Positions 22,174 through 31,285 of a stretch of DNA of 64,000 nucleotides are shown piece after piece. The notes beneath the pieces were generated by a model, which searched no databases, was not told the origin of the DNA, and saw nothing but the letters and a program-made list of their open reading frames with translations. Position numbers and translations under genes: made by a program. The stretch's first letter is position 1; every line of letters begins with the position of its first letter. The stretch is from Gloeobacterales cyanobacterium (GTDB lineage Bacteria; Cyanobacteriota; Cyanobacteriia; Gloeobacterales; PMM-0068): positions 1-64,000 of the forward strand of contig JBBRSB010000024.1 of NCBI GenBank assembly GCA_038245785.1. The letters run 5' to 3'.

Positions 22174-22328
22174 TCTCGCTCTACTTCTTCATTGGTTGCT
22201 CCACAGGATGGACAAATCCACTCATTGGAAAGGGTTGCAATAGACGTTTCTGCGGGGATTTCAGTATCTGGATCTTCTGCTTCCAGATCATAGATATAAC
22301 CGCAGCTTGTGCATTTCTTGGGGCTCAT
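22170..22328 (-). CDS. rubredoxin, divergent (52 aa, not in the ORF track)
   Basis: manual translation MSPKKCTSCGYIYDLEAEDPDTEIPAETSIATLSNEWICPSCGATNEEVERD. Confidence 0.8.
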   Translation of the reverse strand: MSPKKCTSCGYIYDLEAEDPDTEIPAETSIATLSNEWICPSCGATNEEVERD

Positions 22329-22399
22329 TTGCGTATCCTCTCAAGCTTGGGATGACAGATCTCCACGGTAGACGAAAGTGCTTAAAGTAGAATCGAAAA

Positions 22400-23206
22400 A
22401 TGACACAAGACAAGTTGCCAGAAAAAGTCTTAGACTGGTGCAAAACAAACGAATGGTCAGAACCATTTCGCCAAGATGGACTGTACTGGGGTTTTGCGCC
22501 TGGCTCAGTTATTCCAATGCCCCTCCCTCTTCCACAAAAATCTCATGAAAGCTACTTCTTAAATCAATACGCAGAATCAATAAAGACTGATCCTACCTGT
22601 AAATTTCTCGCTGAAAGCTTTCCAACGGATTTTGCAGCCTGGTTGCTCAGTGAACGAATAGCCCTAATGCCGCTTGGTTTAAGTGAACTTAGTTCACAAG
22701 ATATTGAAGCGGATTCATCAGTTTTGCTGGATTCAGACAAGGTACTTTTGCACATCGAATTTCATGTCGAACCAGACCCTTGGATTCCTTTCAAGATGAT
22801 AGATTATCGCCTGAGACTCTACCACTGTTTCCCTGAAAAACAAATGCGTCAATTCGTCATATATTTAGCTCCTACAGATTCAGATCTCGTTTATCAAAGT
22901 GTGTTTGAGACTGAGATGATGCGGCACGAATTTCAGGTTATCCGCCTCTGGGAGCAGCCCACTCAGCTCTTTTTGGAATCGACAGGATTATTGCCCTTGG
23001 CCGTGCTCACTCAAACCCAAGACAAAGTGCAAACGCTGAGACAAGTGGCATCACGGATTGATGCAATTCCAGAAATGCGTATTCAGAGTAATGTGGCTGC
23101 GTCTGCCTCGGTTCTTGCGGGGTTAACGCTAGAAAAGGACTTTATTAATCAAGTTCTAGGTCAGGAAATCATGCAGCAGTCTGTGATTTATCAAATGCAG
23201 AGATGA
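22400..23206 (+). CDS. Rpn/YhgA-like (PD-(D/E)xK) protein with an unrelated N-terminal segment; C-terminus truncated
   Basis: DPTCKFLAESFPTDFAAWLL, LHIEF, RLWEQP and GLLPLAVL; stops right after MQQSVIYQ. Confidence 0.75.
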   Translation: MTQDKLPEKVLDWCKTNEWSEPFRQDGLYWGFAPGSVIPMPLPLPQKSHESYFLNQYAESIKTDPTCKFLAESFPTDFAAWLLSERIALMPLGLSELSSQDIEADSSVLLDSDKVLLHIEFHVEPDPWIPFKMIDYRLRLYHCFPEKQMRQFVIYLAPTDSDLVYQSVFETEMMRHEFQVIRLWEQPTQLFLESTGLLPLAVLTQTQDKVQTLRQVASRIDAIPEMRIQSNVAASASVLAGLTLEKDFINQVLGQEIMQQSVIYQMQR

Positions 23207-23263
23207 AGACTGTCAAGAACAAGTCCAAGCCATAGAAAGCGGCTACGGTGCCTGAGCCATGAG

Positions 23264-23578
23264 TTGAGTGAATTAGAACCATTGCTAAGATTCTTTGCTA
23301 GCTTTGTTTTAGATATGGAATTGGTCAGTCAAATTCTCAGGTGGGATATGGCAGTATTACGCGAGTCGCCTTGGTATCAAGAAATCGAACTGACTGGCGC
23401 TCTTCGCGAAGCTCAAGCCCTTATCCACCGCCAGCTCATGCGGCGCATTGGTGAAGTGGCTCCGGATTTGCAAGCCCAGGTTCAAGCCTTGTCGCTTGCT
23501 CAGCTTGAGGCTTTGGGCGAGGCGCTGTTGGATTTTTCGGAACCCGCAGACTTGGTGAATTGGTTGCAGGGGAATTGA
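23264..23578 (+). pseudogene. C-terminal fragment of a DUF4351/Rpn-family gene
   Basis: WDMAVLRESPWYQEI...LEALGEALLDF...LVNWL; N-terminal part absent. Confidence 0.75.
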
Positions 23579-24262
23579 TTGGGCTAAGCGGCATGAAAAA
23601 AGGTTTTGTCGCAAGAAAGCATTTAGGACAGGAAAACAGAATCTTATTAAGGCTCGGTTGGGCTGAATTTGGATATTCTAACCGTAAGTTTGTGGGCTGA
23701 AAGTGCTGATTTCTCATTGTCGGGAATGCCCTCTAGTAGCGTTTTGTAAATAATCAAGTCTCACAACGATCGAAAACACAACGATTGATGGACTCGAATT
23801 TTATATTGCCATGAATTCATGATTATTAATCCACCTTTGGTGAAGGGAATACAAGTTATAAATTGATGCAGAACAAAGCAAAAATATTCGTAGAAATAAG
23901 ACTGTACAAACCTATTCTAAGTATTTTTCTACACGTTAAACTTCATCAAATCTTCATATAACACTCTACTTCTAAGTAGATATACTTTGGATGTTTGGAT
24001 ATTAAGTCAGATATTTAAGAGCCTTGCAACTCTGGTCTGTAACAACTTAGCACCTCAATAGGGCTGCTTTATTGCACACTATAAAGGAGATATACGGAAA
24101 AGTTCCGTGTAATAACAAGCTATTCTACAAACTGTCAGTCAATGAAAATTATTGACGTTATTCGAGGTTTTCTTTAGTAGACAATACGTATTGTAATGGC
24201 GGCATAAAAATGCAGGTGTGCGTTTAAAAAGACAGCTTTATCAAAGGGTTAAACTAAGTGCT

Positions 24263-25072
24263 ATGACCAATCAGAATATTAGTACCAAAGTAGGAACACT
24301 ATCAGACAGAGAGATAGAAGACTTATGCTCAAAAGGTGATCTGATTGTAGATAATTACTCTAAAAAGAATGTTCATCAATCTTGCTATGAATTACGGGCA
24401 AGTCATACTTATTATGATATTGCAGATAATAACAAAAAATATAGCCTCTCAAACAATGAGTTTATTCTAATAAAACCACGGCAACTAGTCGTAGTTATAA
24501 CTATGGAAACGATCTCTTTACCTACCGATGTTCTTGCAAGAATTCTTACCAAAGGGAAACTTTTTTCAATTGGGCTATTGCCTGTTAATACATATGCTGA
24601 CCCTGGATTTTATGGAAATTTGGGAATTGTTTTTCATAATTGCTCAAACAATTATTTGAAAATTTCCCCTGGAGAATCTATTGCAAAAATGGAATTTTCT
24701 CGCCTTATGGTTCCTGTTGAAAAACCCTACAGAGGTCAGCATGGTTATCAAACTAATATATGGACTATTCCTGAAGACATGATATTGTCCGATAAAGAAA
24801 TTCTAAAGGATTCTAGAATAAAGACTCCAGCAGAAGAAATTATATTATCGTATGGTCCAAATATAGGTAAAGTAATCGATAGAGTTTTTAAATTTGAAAG
24901 ATACTTAATACTCGCAGCGCTGTTTTACTTTTTGTTTTCGATGCTAATCATTTATGAAATGCAGGGTAAAAATGATTGGATAACTCCAACAACAAGTATA
25001 GTTCTAGGCGTACTCTCAAATGTTTTTACTAGCTTACTTGTGTATGCAGCTACTAATATAAGCAGGAGATAA
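24263..25072 (+). CDS. dCTP deaminase/dUTPase-fold protein with two C-terminal TM helices; deaminase catalytic residues absent
   Basis: LSDREI, YELR, TMETISLP, ADPGFYG and PGESIAKMEF...PY match the Dcd fold; hydrophobic YLILAALFYFLFSMLIIY and SIVLGVLSNVFTSLLVYAA; ATG 24263 preferred to GTG 24218. Confidence 0.85.
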   Translation: MTNQNISTKVGTLSDREIEDLCSKGDLIVDNYSKKNVHQSCYELRASHTYYDIADNNKKYSLSNNEFILIKPRQLVVVITMETISLPTDVLARILTKGKLFSIGLLPVNTYADPGFYGNLGIVFHNCSNNYLKISPGESIAKMEFSRLMVPVEKPYRGQHGYQTNIWTIPEDMILSDKEILKDSRIKTPAEEIILSYGPNIGKVIDRVFKFERYLILAALFYFLFSMLIIYEMQGKNDWITPTTSIVLGVLSNVFTSLLVYAATNISRR

Positions 25073-25073
25073 A

Positions 25074-25433
25074 ATGGAAATTAAAGATTTAGCTCATATC
25101 CAAAGAGAATTTGACGCTAAACATGGATGGATGCTGGAGTCTGACAACTCCAAGGCAAGGCTCGAAATAATTAACAAGGACTTAATAGGTCTTTTTGGTG
25201 AGATCGGCGAGTTCGCAAATCTTGTTAAAAAGCTGAATATTGATATGGAAAAGTCAAAGGATACATTTGAGTTAAAACTATCTGATTTTCAAGATAGTTT
25301 AAGTGAGGAATTAATAGATAGCTTTATCTACTTATTTAGAATTGCAACCCATTTAGATTTAGATATAGAAAATTCTTACTTGAAGAAGCTTTCTATAAAT
25401 AGGGAAAAATACAGAAAATATGAAGAGCAATAA
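25074..25433 (+). CDS. MazG-like (all-alpha) nucleotide pyrophosphohydrolase
   Basis: GEIGEFANLVKK and EELIDSFIYL give the ExxE...ExxD metal motif; KKLSINREKY tail. Confidence 0.85.
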   Translation: MEIKDLAHIQREFDAKHGWMLESDNSKARLEIINKDLIGLFGEIGEFANLVKKLNIDMEKSKDTFELKLSDFQDSLSEELIDSFIYLFRIATHLDLDIENSYLKKLSINREKYRKYEEQ

Positions 25434-26508
25434 AAAATATACTGCTTCTTTTCGTGTAAAAGACATAGTTATACCCTCTAGGATTTTCCTGGCTCCAATC
25501 AATACTGGTTTTGGTAAGGATGGGAACCCAACCTCAAACCTTATACTGTTTCATACAGCAAGATCAGGTAAAGGAATAGGTATAAGTTATGTTGGAAATG
25601 TAGCCGTCGATCCTGCTTTTGTTACAAACAATAACACGTTGTTTTTTACAAAGAACCTTGATCAGTGGAAGAAGCTTACAGAGGAGATTTGTTCCAATGG
25701 TTCTTTGCCAGGAATTCAAATAGCATGTCGCAATACTGCACTGAAACCTCCAAGACAATGGCTAAATCAAGATGCTAGTTCTTATATTCAAGTGACACGA
25801 CATGAAATAGCTTCATATTCGCAGGAGTTTCTGGGAAAAATAGCCCAAAATTTTATTCGAAGTGCACAAATTGCCTATGAAGTTGGCTTTAAGGCAGTTC
25901 AAATTCATGCTGCTCATGGGTATTTTATTTCTAACTTTTTAAACCCCAAATTGAATGGTCGAAAAGATATATATGGAACCAAGAAAACTTTGCTGCTAGA
26001 GATGATAGTTGAAGGTATTCGTTCGATTTTACCAGATATTATTCTAGATGTTCGCATATCATTGCTAGACGGACTGGGAAATAGAGAAATTGAATTGACT
26101 GAAAAAGAGCCTATCATCTATGATATTGCTGAACTAGACGTTGATATAATTAGTATTTCGAACGGGACATATGATATCAATAAACAGTTGATTTATCCTC
26201 CTGCTGAATGGGGACATAGTGTTTTTATTGACATTGTTACTCCATTTGCTTTAAGACATCCTGGCAAACTATGGAATGTTGCCGGAAATATATGGGACTT
26301 GAATTTGCTGCCTTCTGAACTTCCAGTTAATATATCTTTTTCTGTAGGTCGTTCATTAATAGCTGATCCAGATTTTATTATTAAGTCTGTTAGTGGGCTG
26401 CATGATTCTATCCAGACTTGCACTAGGACTAATTTGTGCCATTACTACTCAAGAGATCTACCAAATATTGCTTGTCCCATGGATAGGCATTTGAGGCAAT
26501 TCATATAA
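25420..26508 (+). CDS. NADH:flavin oxidoreductase (Old Yellow Enzyme family)
   Basis: RIFLAP, QIHAAHGYFISNFL, NGRKDIYG and GRSLIADPDF; C-terminal Cys cluster. Confidence 0.88.
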   Translation: MKSNKKYTASFRVKDIVIPSRIFLAPINTGFGKDGNPTSNLILFHTARSGKGIGISYVGNVAVDPAFVTNNNTLFFTKNLDQWKKLTEEICSNGSLPGIQIACRNTALKPPRQWLNQDASSYIQVTRHEIASYSQEFLGKIAQNFIRSAQIAYEVGFKAVQIHAAHGYFISNFLNPKLNGRKDIYGTKKTLLLEMIVEGIRSILPDIILDVRISLLDGLGNREIELTEKEPIIYDIAELDVDIISISNGTYDINKQLIYPPAEWGHSVFIDIVTPFALRHPGKLWNVAGNIWDLNLLPSELPVNISFSVGRSLIADPDFIIKSVSGLHDSIQTCTRTNLCHYYSRDLPNIACPMDRHLRQFI

Positions 26509-26620
26509 TTATTCAGCTATCCTTTGAGCTTCTACTCAATCAATAATAATGTTGTGATACATTATGGGAGCGCTACACTGAGGGCATCGTTAGAATCTGG
26601 CACCCTAGAGGCATGCCGCT

Positions 26621-26938
26621 ATGACCTACTCGACCACTGACTACAAACATATTCAACTCGATGACAACGGTATTCCTATCATTGAAGGAACCACGATGAA
26701 AGTTGTAGAGTTGATTACCTCCCACCTTACCTATGGCTGGAGTCCTGAAGAACTGCACTTCCAGTATCCTCATATTGCGCTTGGCAAAATTTACTCAGCG
26801 CTGGCCTACTACTGGGATCACCAAAATGCGCTTGATGCAGACATTCAATCCCGATTTAAGAAAGTCGAACACCTCCGTCAGGGTGCCCTGCCCTCTCGCA
26901 TTGCCCAAAAACTTAAGGAACGCGGAATGCTTTCATGA
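26621..26938 (+). CDS. DUF433 antitoxin
   Basis: PIIEGTTMKV...SPEELHFQYPHI...ALAYYWDH. Confidence 0.88.
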   Translation: MTYSTTDYKHIQLDDNGIPIIEGTTMKVVELITSHLTYGWSPEELHFQYPHIALGKIYSALAYYWDHQNALDADIQSRFKKVEHLRQGALPSRIAQKLKERGMLS

Positions 26939-27282
26939 GCATTGCGCTCTACATGGATGAAAACGTCCCGCGTCAGATCACAGTCGGACTACGTCTACGC
27001 GCTATCGACGTGATAACGGTCCAAGAAGATCAACGAACCGGATTGCCAGACCCTCAAGTCCTCAATCGTGCCACCAAGCTCCAGCGAGTCTTATTTTCCA
27101 GAGACGATGATCTTTTAGCAATTGCCCATCAAAGACAGCAAACAGGCAAACTCTTTTATGGCGTGATTTATTCCCATCCTCAAGGCAGCAGCATTGGCAA
27201 TTGCGTCCGCGACTTGGAACTCATTGCCACCTTGTGCGACTCAGAGGACTGCATCAACCAAGTGCAGTACCTCCCTCTATAA
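26935..27282 (+). CDS. DUF5615 PIN-like toxin
   Basis: YMDENV...RVLFSRDDDL; ATGA overlap with DUF433. Confidence 0.88.
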   Translation: MSIALYMDENVPRQITVGLRLRAIDVITVQEDQRTGLPDPQVLNRATKLQRVLFSRDDDLLAIAHQRQQTGKLFYGVIYSHPQGSSIGNCVRDLELIATLCDSEDCINQVQYLPL

Positions 27283-27406
27283 ACAGCATTGAAAATCTTG
27301 TAGGTAAGTAATGAAGGGGTGGTGTATGACCGACGGGAAAAAGAGGCCAAACCTAAAGCCTCTGCTCTAATGGAGATCTGATAGAAGAATTTGACGTAGT
27401 TGAACT

Positions 27407-28081
27407 ATGTGCGGACGTTTTACTCTAACCCAAACCCCTGAAGCGGTTGCTGAAGCTTTCGATCTTGACGAAGACGACATGCCCGATTTCCCCGCCCGCT
27501 ATAATATTGCCCCCGCACAGCCCATAGGGACGATTGTGGAAGACAGGGATTCGAAAAACCGGACATTCCGACTGATGCGCTGGGGCCTGATTCCCTCCTG
27601 GGCAAAAGACCCTTCAATTGGCGCAAAGCTCATTAATGCCCGTTCCGAGACTGTCACCGAGAAACCCTCCTTTCGAGCAGCTTTTAAGTATCGCCGCTGT
27701 TTAATACCAGCTGATGGATTCTATGAGTGGCAAAAGGCTCAGCCCGGCTCAAAACAATCATCAAAACAACCTTTTTACTTTTCCATGGCTGGCAACCGTC
27801 TCTTTGCCCTTGCCGGACTTTGGGAGTCATGGAACGACATAGAGACCTGCATCATTCTGACCACATCGGCCAACAGCCTTTTACAAACCATCCATGACCG
27901 GATGCCCGTTATTTTGAATCGCGAAGATTATGGCCGCTGGCTAGACCCTACAGTACAAGATGCGGAGGTCTTGAAGGATTTACTGCAACCTTACCCGGAC
28001 GAACCTATGCAAGCGATTCCAGTGAGCACAAGAGTGAATTCTGCCAAGTTTGACGATGCCCTTTGCCTTAAACCGCTATAG
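27407..28081 (+). CDS. SOS response-associated peptidase (SRAP/YedK/HMCES)
   Basis: MCGRF, NARSET, DGFYEW and IHDRMP motifs. Confidence 0.95.
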   Translation: MCGRFTLTQTPEAVAEAFDLDEDDMPDFPARYNIAPAQPIGTIVEDRDSKNRTFRLMRWGLIPSWAKDPSIGAKLINARSETVTEKPSFRAAFKYRRCLIPADGFYEWQKAQPGSKQSSKQPFYFSMAGNRLFALAGLWESWNDIETCIILTTSANSLLQTIHDRMPVILNREDYGRWLDPTVQDAEVLKDLLQPYPDEPMQAIPVSTRVNSAKFDDALCLKPL

Positions 28082-28201
28082 ACCACTTGGGGGAATTCCG
28101 CTATACCTCGGACGGTAGATGCATTTGCAGAGGAAGTACGGCCTGATCGTAAAAGCTTCAAATCGATACAGCCTTTCGACAAATTCTACGGAGAATGAAT
28201 C

Positions 28202-29254
28202 GTGAAATATAAGCTATTGGGCAAAAGCGGACTTCGTGTTTCTGAACTTTGTCTCGGTACGATGACCTTTGGCGAAGATTGGGGTTGGGGTGCATCCAAA
28301 GATGAAAGCCGTCAAATCTTTGATACGTTTGTCGAAGCAGGTGGAAACTTTATCGATACAGCGAACGGCTACACCGATGGCAGTAGTGAAAAGATTGTTG
28401 GTGAATTCATTGCTTCGGATCGAGAACGCTTTGTTGTTGCGACCAAGTATTCATTTCCGAATCACATGGGCGATCGTAATGGTAATCCCAATGGCAGTGG
28501 TAATCATCGAAAAAATTTGATGCAATCGCTTGAAGGCAGCTTAAAACGATTGAACACCGATTATGTGGATCTATTTTGGCTGCACGCTTGGGACTTTACT
28601 ACACCTGTTGAAGAAGTGATGCGTGCTTTTGATGACATGGTACACCAAGGAAAAGTGCTTTACATAGGCATTTCCGATACGCCTGCTTGGATTGTGGCAG
28701 AGGCGAATACCTTAGCCCGATGCTATGGATGGACTCAATTCGTGGCCACGCAGATCGAGTACAGCTTAGTTGAGAGAACGCCAGAACGAGATTTGCTACC
28801 GATGGCAAAAGCGTTTGATTTGGCGGTGACACCCTGGTCGCCATTAGCAGGAGGGGTGTTGACGGGGAAATACAGTCAGTCGAATGGCAACAGTCAATCC
28901 ACTTCGCGTGGCCAAGACATTCCTGAGCGCAGCTTAAAGATTGCTCAAGTCGTGGGAGAGATTGCTCAAGATATAGGGCGCTCATCGGCTCAAATTGCCT
29001 TGGCCTGGATTCGTGCCCAGAGCCCGCAGATGATCCCAATTATTGGTGCCCGAAAGCTAGAGCAATTGCAAGATAACCTCAAGTGTTTGGAAGTGACGTT
29101 ATCGCCTGAACAGTTGCAGCGGCTCAATCAAGTCAGTCAGATTGAACTGGGCTTTCCACATGACTTTTTGGGTAGTGACATGATTCACGATCGCTTATTT
29201 GGCGGCACGTTCGAGGCGATTGATAATCCTCGACAAATCATGACGCGCGCCTAA
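28202..29254 (+). CDS. aldo/keto reductase
   Basis: LCLGTMTFG, IDTANGY, ATKY and WSPLAGG motifs. Confidence 0.93.
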   Translation: MKYKLLGKSGLRVSELCLGTMTFGEDWGWGASKDESRQIFDTFVEAGGNFIDTANGYTDGSSEKIVGEFIASDRERFVVATKYSFPNHMGDRNGNPNGSGNHRKNLMQSLEGSLKRLNTDYVDLFWLHAWDFTTPVEEVMRAFDDMVHQGKVLYIGISDTPAWIVAEANTLARCYGWTQFVATQIEYSLVERTPERDLLPMAKAFDLAVTPWSPLAGGVLTGKYSQSNGNSQSTSRGQDIPERSLKIAQVVGEIAQDIGRSSAQIALAWIRAQSPQMIPIIGARKLEQLQDNLKCLEVTLSPEQLQRLNQVSQIELGFPHDFLGSDMIHDRLFGGTFEAIDNPRQIMTRA

Positions 29255-29430
29255 AATATGACTTTGAAGGGGGGATGCTATTTAAAGCTACCAACATCAT
29301 TCATTGTTTCAGACCTCTCCCGTAAAATTATGTTTGGAATCTGGTACTAGGCCCAAAGGACGCATGGGACTGACCCGAAGCCGTGACCAGTTAGGATTAA
29401 GTCCGTTGACCATCTTTAAAGGACCATCGA

Positions 29431-29715
29431 ATGCTGTTCATGATTGTTGAGCGGTTCAAAGATAATGACATGCTGCCAATCTATAAGCGTATTCGTGACG
29501 AAGGTAGAATGTTCCCTGAAGGTCTTAAGTATATTGATAGTTGGATAGAACCAAATTTTAGTAGATGCTTTCAGCTTATGGAGTGTGATGACTTGCGATT
29601 GCTGCAAGAATGGATCTTAAAGTGGCGTGGTTCAGGAGCGACTTTTGAAATTGTTCCTGTAGTTAGTAGCCAAGAAACAAGAGGAGTTGTCGAGCCATGG
29701 CTTGACAACTTGTAG
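29431..29715 (+). CDS. DUF3303-like protein
   Basis: MLFMIVERF...GRMFPEGL...CFQLMECDD...FEIVPV. Confidence 0.8.
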   Translation: MLFMIVERFKDNDMLPIYKRIRDEGRMFPEGLKYIDSWIEPNFSRCFQLMECDDLRLLQEWILKWRGSGATFEIVPVVSSQETRGVVEPWLDNL

Positions 29716-29717
29716 GC

Positions 29718-30772
29718 CATTGACTGATCGTCGTCGACATGCGGCAATTGCGATCAAGTAAATTGCTGTCATGTATAAGGCCACACTGCCTAACAGTGTC
29801 CAACGAGTGCCCACAGACAAAACGCTGTGGGTCGCCGTTTCGATGATCGTCTGCTCGGTCCCTACAGCAACTAATACCAGTTCCATCAGTATCGGTAAAT
29901 GTCCGTAGTTAAATGCATGAACGGACTTAATTCCGCGAATCACAACGGCTGTTTCTAAGAAATTGAAGTAAAGCCACCACAGACAGGCGGCAATGCCAAA
30001 TCCACCAACGGCAGCCAGGGTGGGCAGAATACTCCACGAGCCGCTTGCCGTTGTACTAGAGACGGAGACGATCGATTCGCCCAACACAATCAGCGTGAAT
30101 AAGCCAAATCGTTCTTACAGATGAGAGGGGTGCGCAGGAGTACCCGCGAGGATGCGCGTTCCCAAAATCGGCACCAAAAGTTCGATCATTATAGCGGCCC
30201 CATAGCGGCCCCATAGCGGCCCCCCATAGCCAATAGCGGGTTGGATCTGGAAAAGCGAGTGATCCTAACCACAGGCTGGTACTAGGAATATAGGAGGCAA
30301 GATACAGCTTCAGATTTGGTCGCGCTGCTTGCACATAGCGCGTGGCGCGGAAATACAAACCCAATACAATCGTTCGAATCGTGACATAGGCCAGCACAAA
30401 ACCGACGGCTCCTGTATCAAAAGCATTATGGACATTGGCTGCTAAGAAAATCACAGCTAGCATTCCAGTCAAAATCAACAGGCGATGGGGAGGATCATCT
30501 GTGTTGTAGCGATCGACGTAAAATGTTACCAGCACCCATACCCACCAGCACGGTACAAACGACGCCGTAAACTGGAGAAAACCGATCCAGGAAAGATGCT
30601 GTTCAAGCATGTGGCTGAGTTCAGCAATCACGACAACAAACACAAGATCAAAAAAGAGTTCTATCCAACTCGCGTGATTACTCTCTTCTTCCTCAGAGGC
30701 GACTCGTAGGCGCGGGCTTTTCCAGCGAGATGCAGCGGTTGAAGTTTGGGTAAGGGGCTGAGTCATGGCCAT
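29718..30772 (-). pseudogene. low temperature requirement A (LtrA) family, disrupted
   Basis: ASWIELFFDLVFV; frameshift at a tandem repeat (30191-30223); in-frame TAA in PSHL*ERFGLFTLIVLGE; 3' end looks truncated. Confidence 0.85.
30191..30223 (+). repeat. 11-bp tandem repeat, three copies
   Basis: (ATAGCGGCCCC)3. Confidence 0.9.
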
Positions 30773-30775
30773 AAT

Positions 30776-31033
30776 TTAGATAAATACCTGGTCAACGTAG
30801 CACCAGCGCCAGTTTTCACCGGGTTCGATGGATTGCACAATCGGATGTTGGGTTGCGTGAAAATGCTTTGTTGCGTGTTTATTCTTCGAGGAGTCGCAGC
30901 AACCGATCTGACCACAGATCAAGCACTTACGCAGATGTACCCAAGTGTCGCCCAGTGCCAAACATTCTTCGCATCCGTTCGCACTGGGAGCTACGCTTTG
31001 AATCTGATTAACGTGTCGACAAGTGTTGCTCAT
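30776..31033 (-). CDS. UBP-type zinc-finger protein
   Basis: CEECLALGDTWVHLRKCLICGQIGCCDSSKNKHATKHF; start MSNTCRH. Confidence 0.88.
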   Translation of the reverse strand: MSNTCRHVNQIQSVAPSANGCEECLALGDTWVHLRKCLICGQIGCCDSSKNKHATKHFHATQHPIVQSIEPGENWRWCYVDQVFI

Positions 31034-31119
31034 GATATTTCCGATAATGTAAAGATCGGGTGAAGCCTGCTTCAAAAATTTCATACCGCTGAGCTAAAAC
31101 ATTCATCCATTGATCGACC

Positions 31120-31244
31120 ATGCTTTGTCCAGAATCTGCCCGCACGATCCGAAAGCGAGCACCATACTGCTGTCGTAAATCGCGTGCCACGGCTTGAAGC
31201 ACCTCTGGATCATCATCCACAGTCAAAATGACGGGCTTAGCCAT
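31120..31244 (-). pseudogene. 5' remnant of a REC-thioredoxin-reductase-type gene
   Basis: MAKPVILTVDDDPEVLQAVARDLRQQYGARFRIVRADSG, then similarity ends abruptly. Confidence 0.7.
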
Positions 31245-31285
31245 ATGGAAGAATCCATGCAACTACTTCAGTCTAGAGCAATGAT

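Noticed and set aside
24263..25072. Housekeeping dcd, or the known anti-phage dCTP deaminase (AvcD/CMP-deaminase type)
   Set aside because: Catalytic Ser/Arg/Glu are absent and TM helices are present; there is no HxE...PCxxC zinc motif or kinase domain
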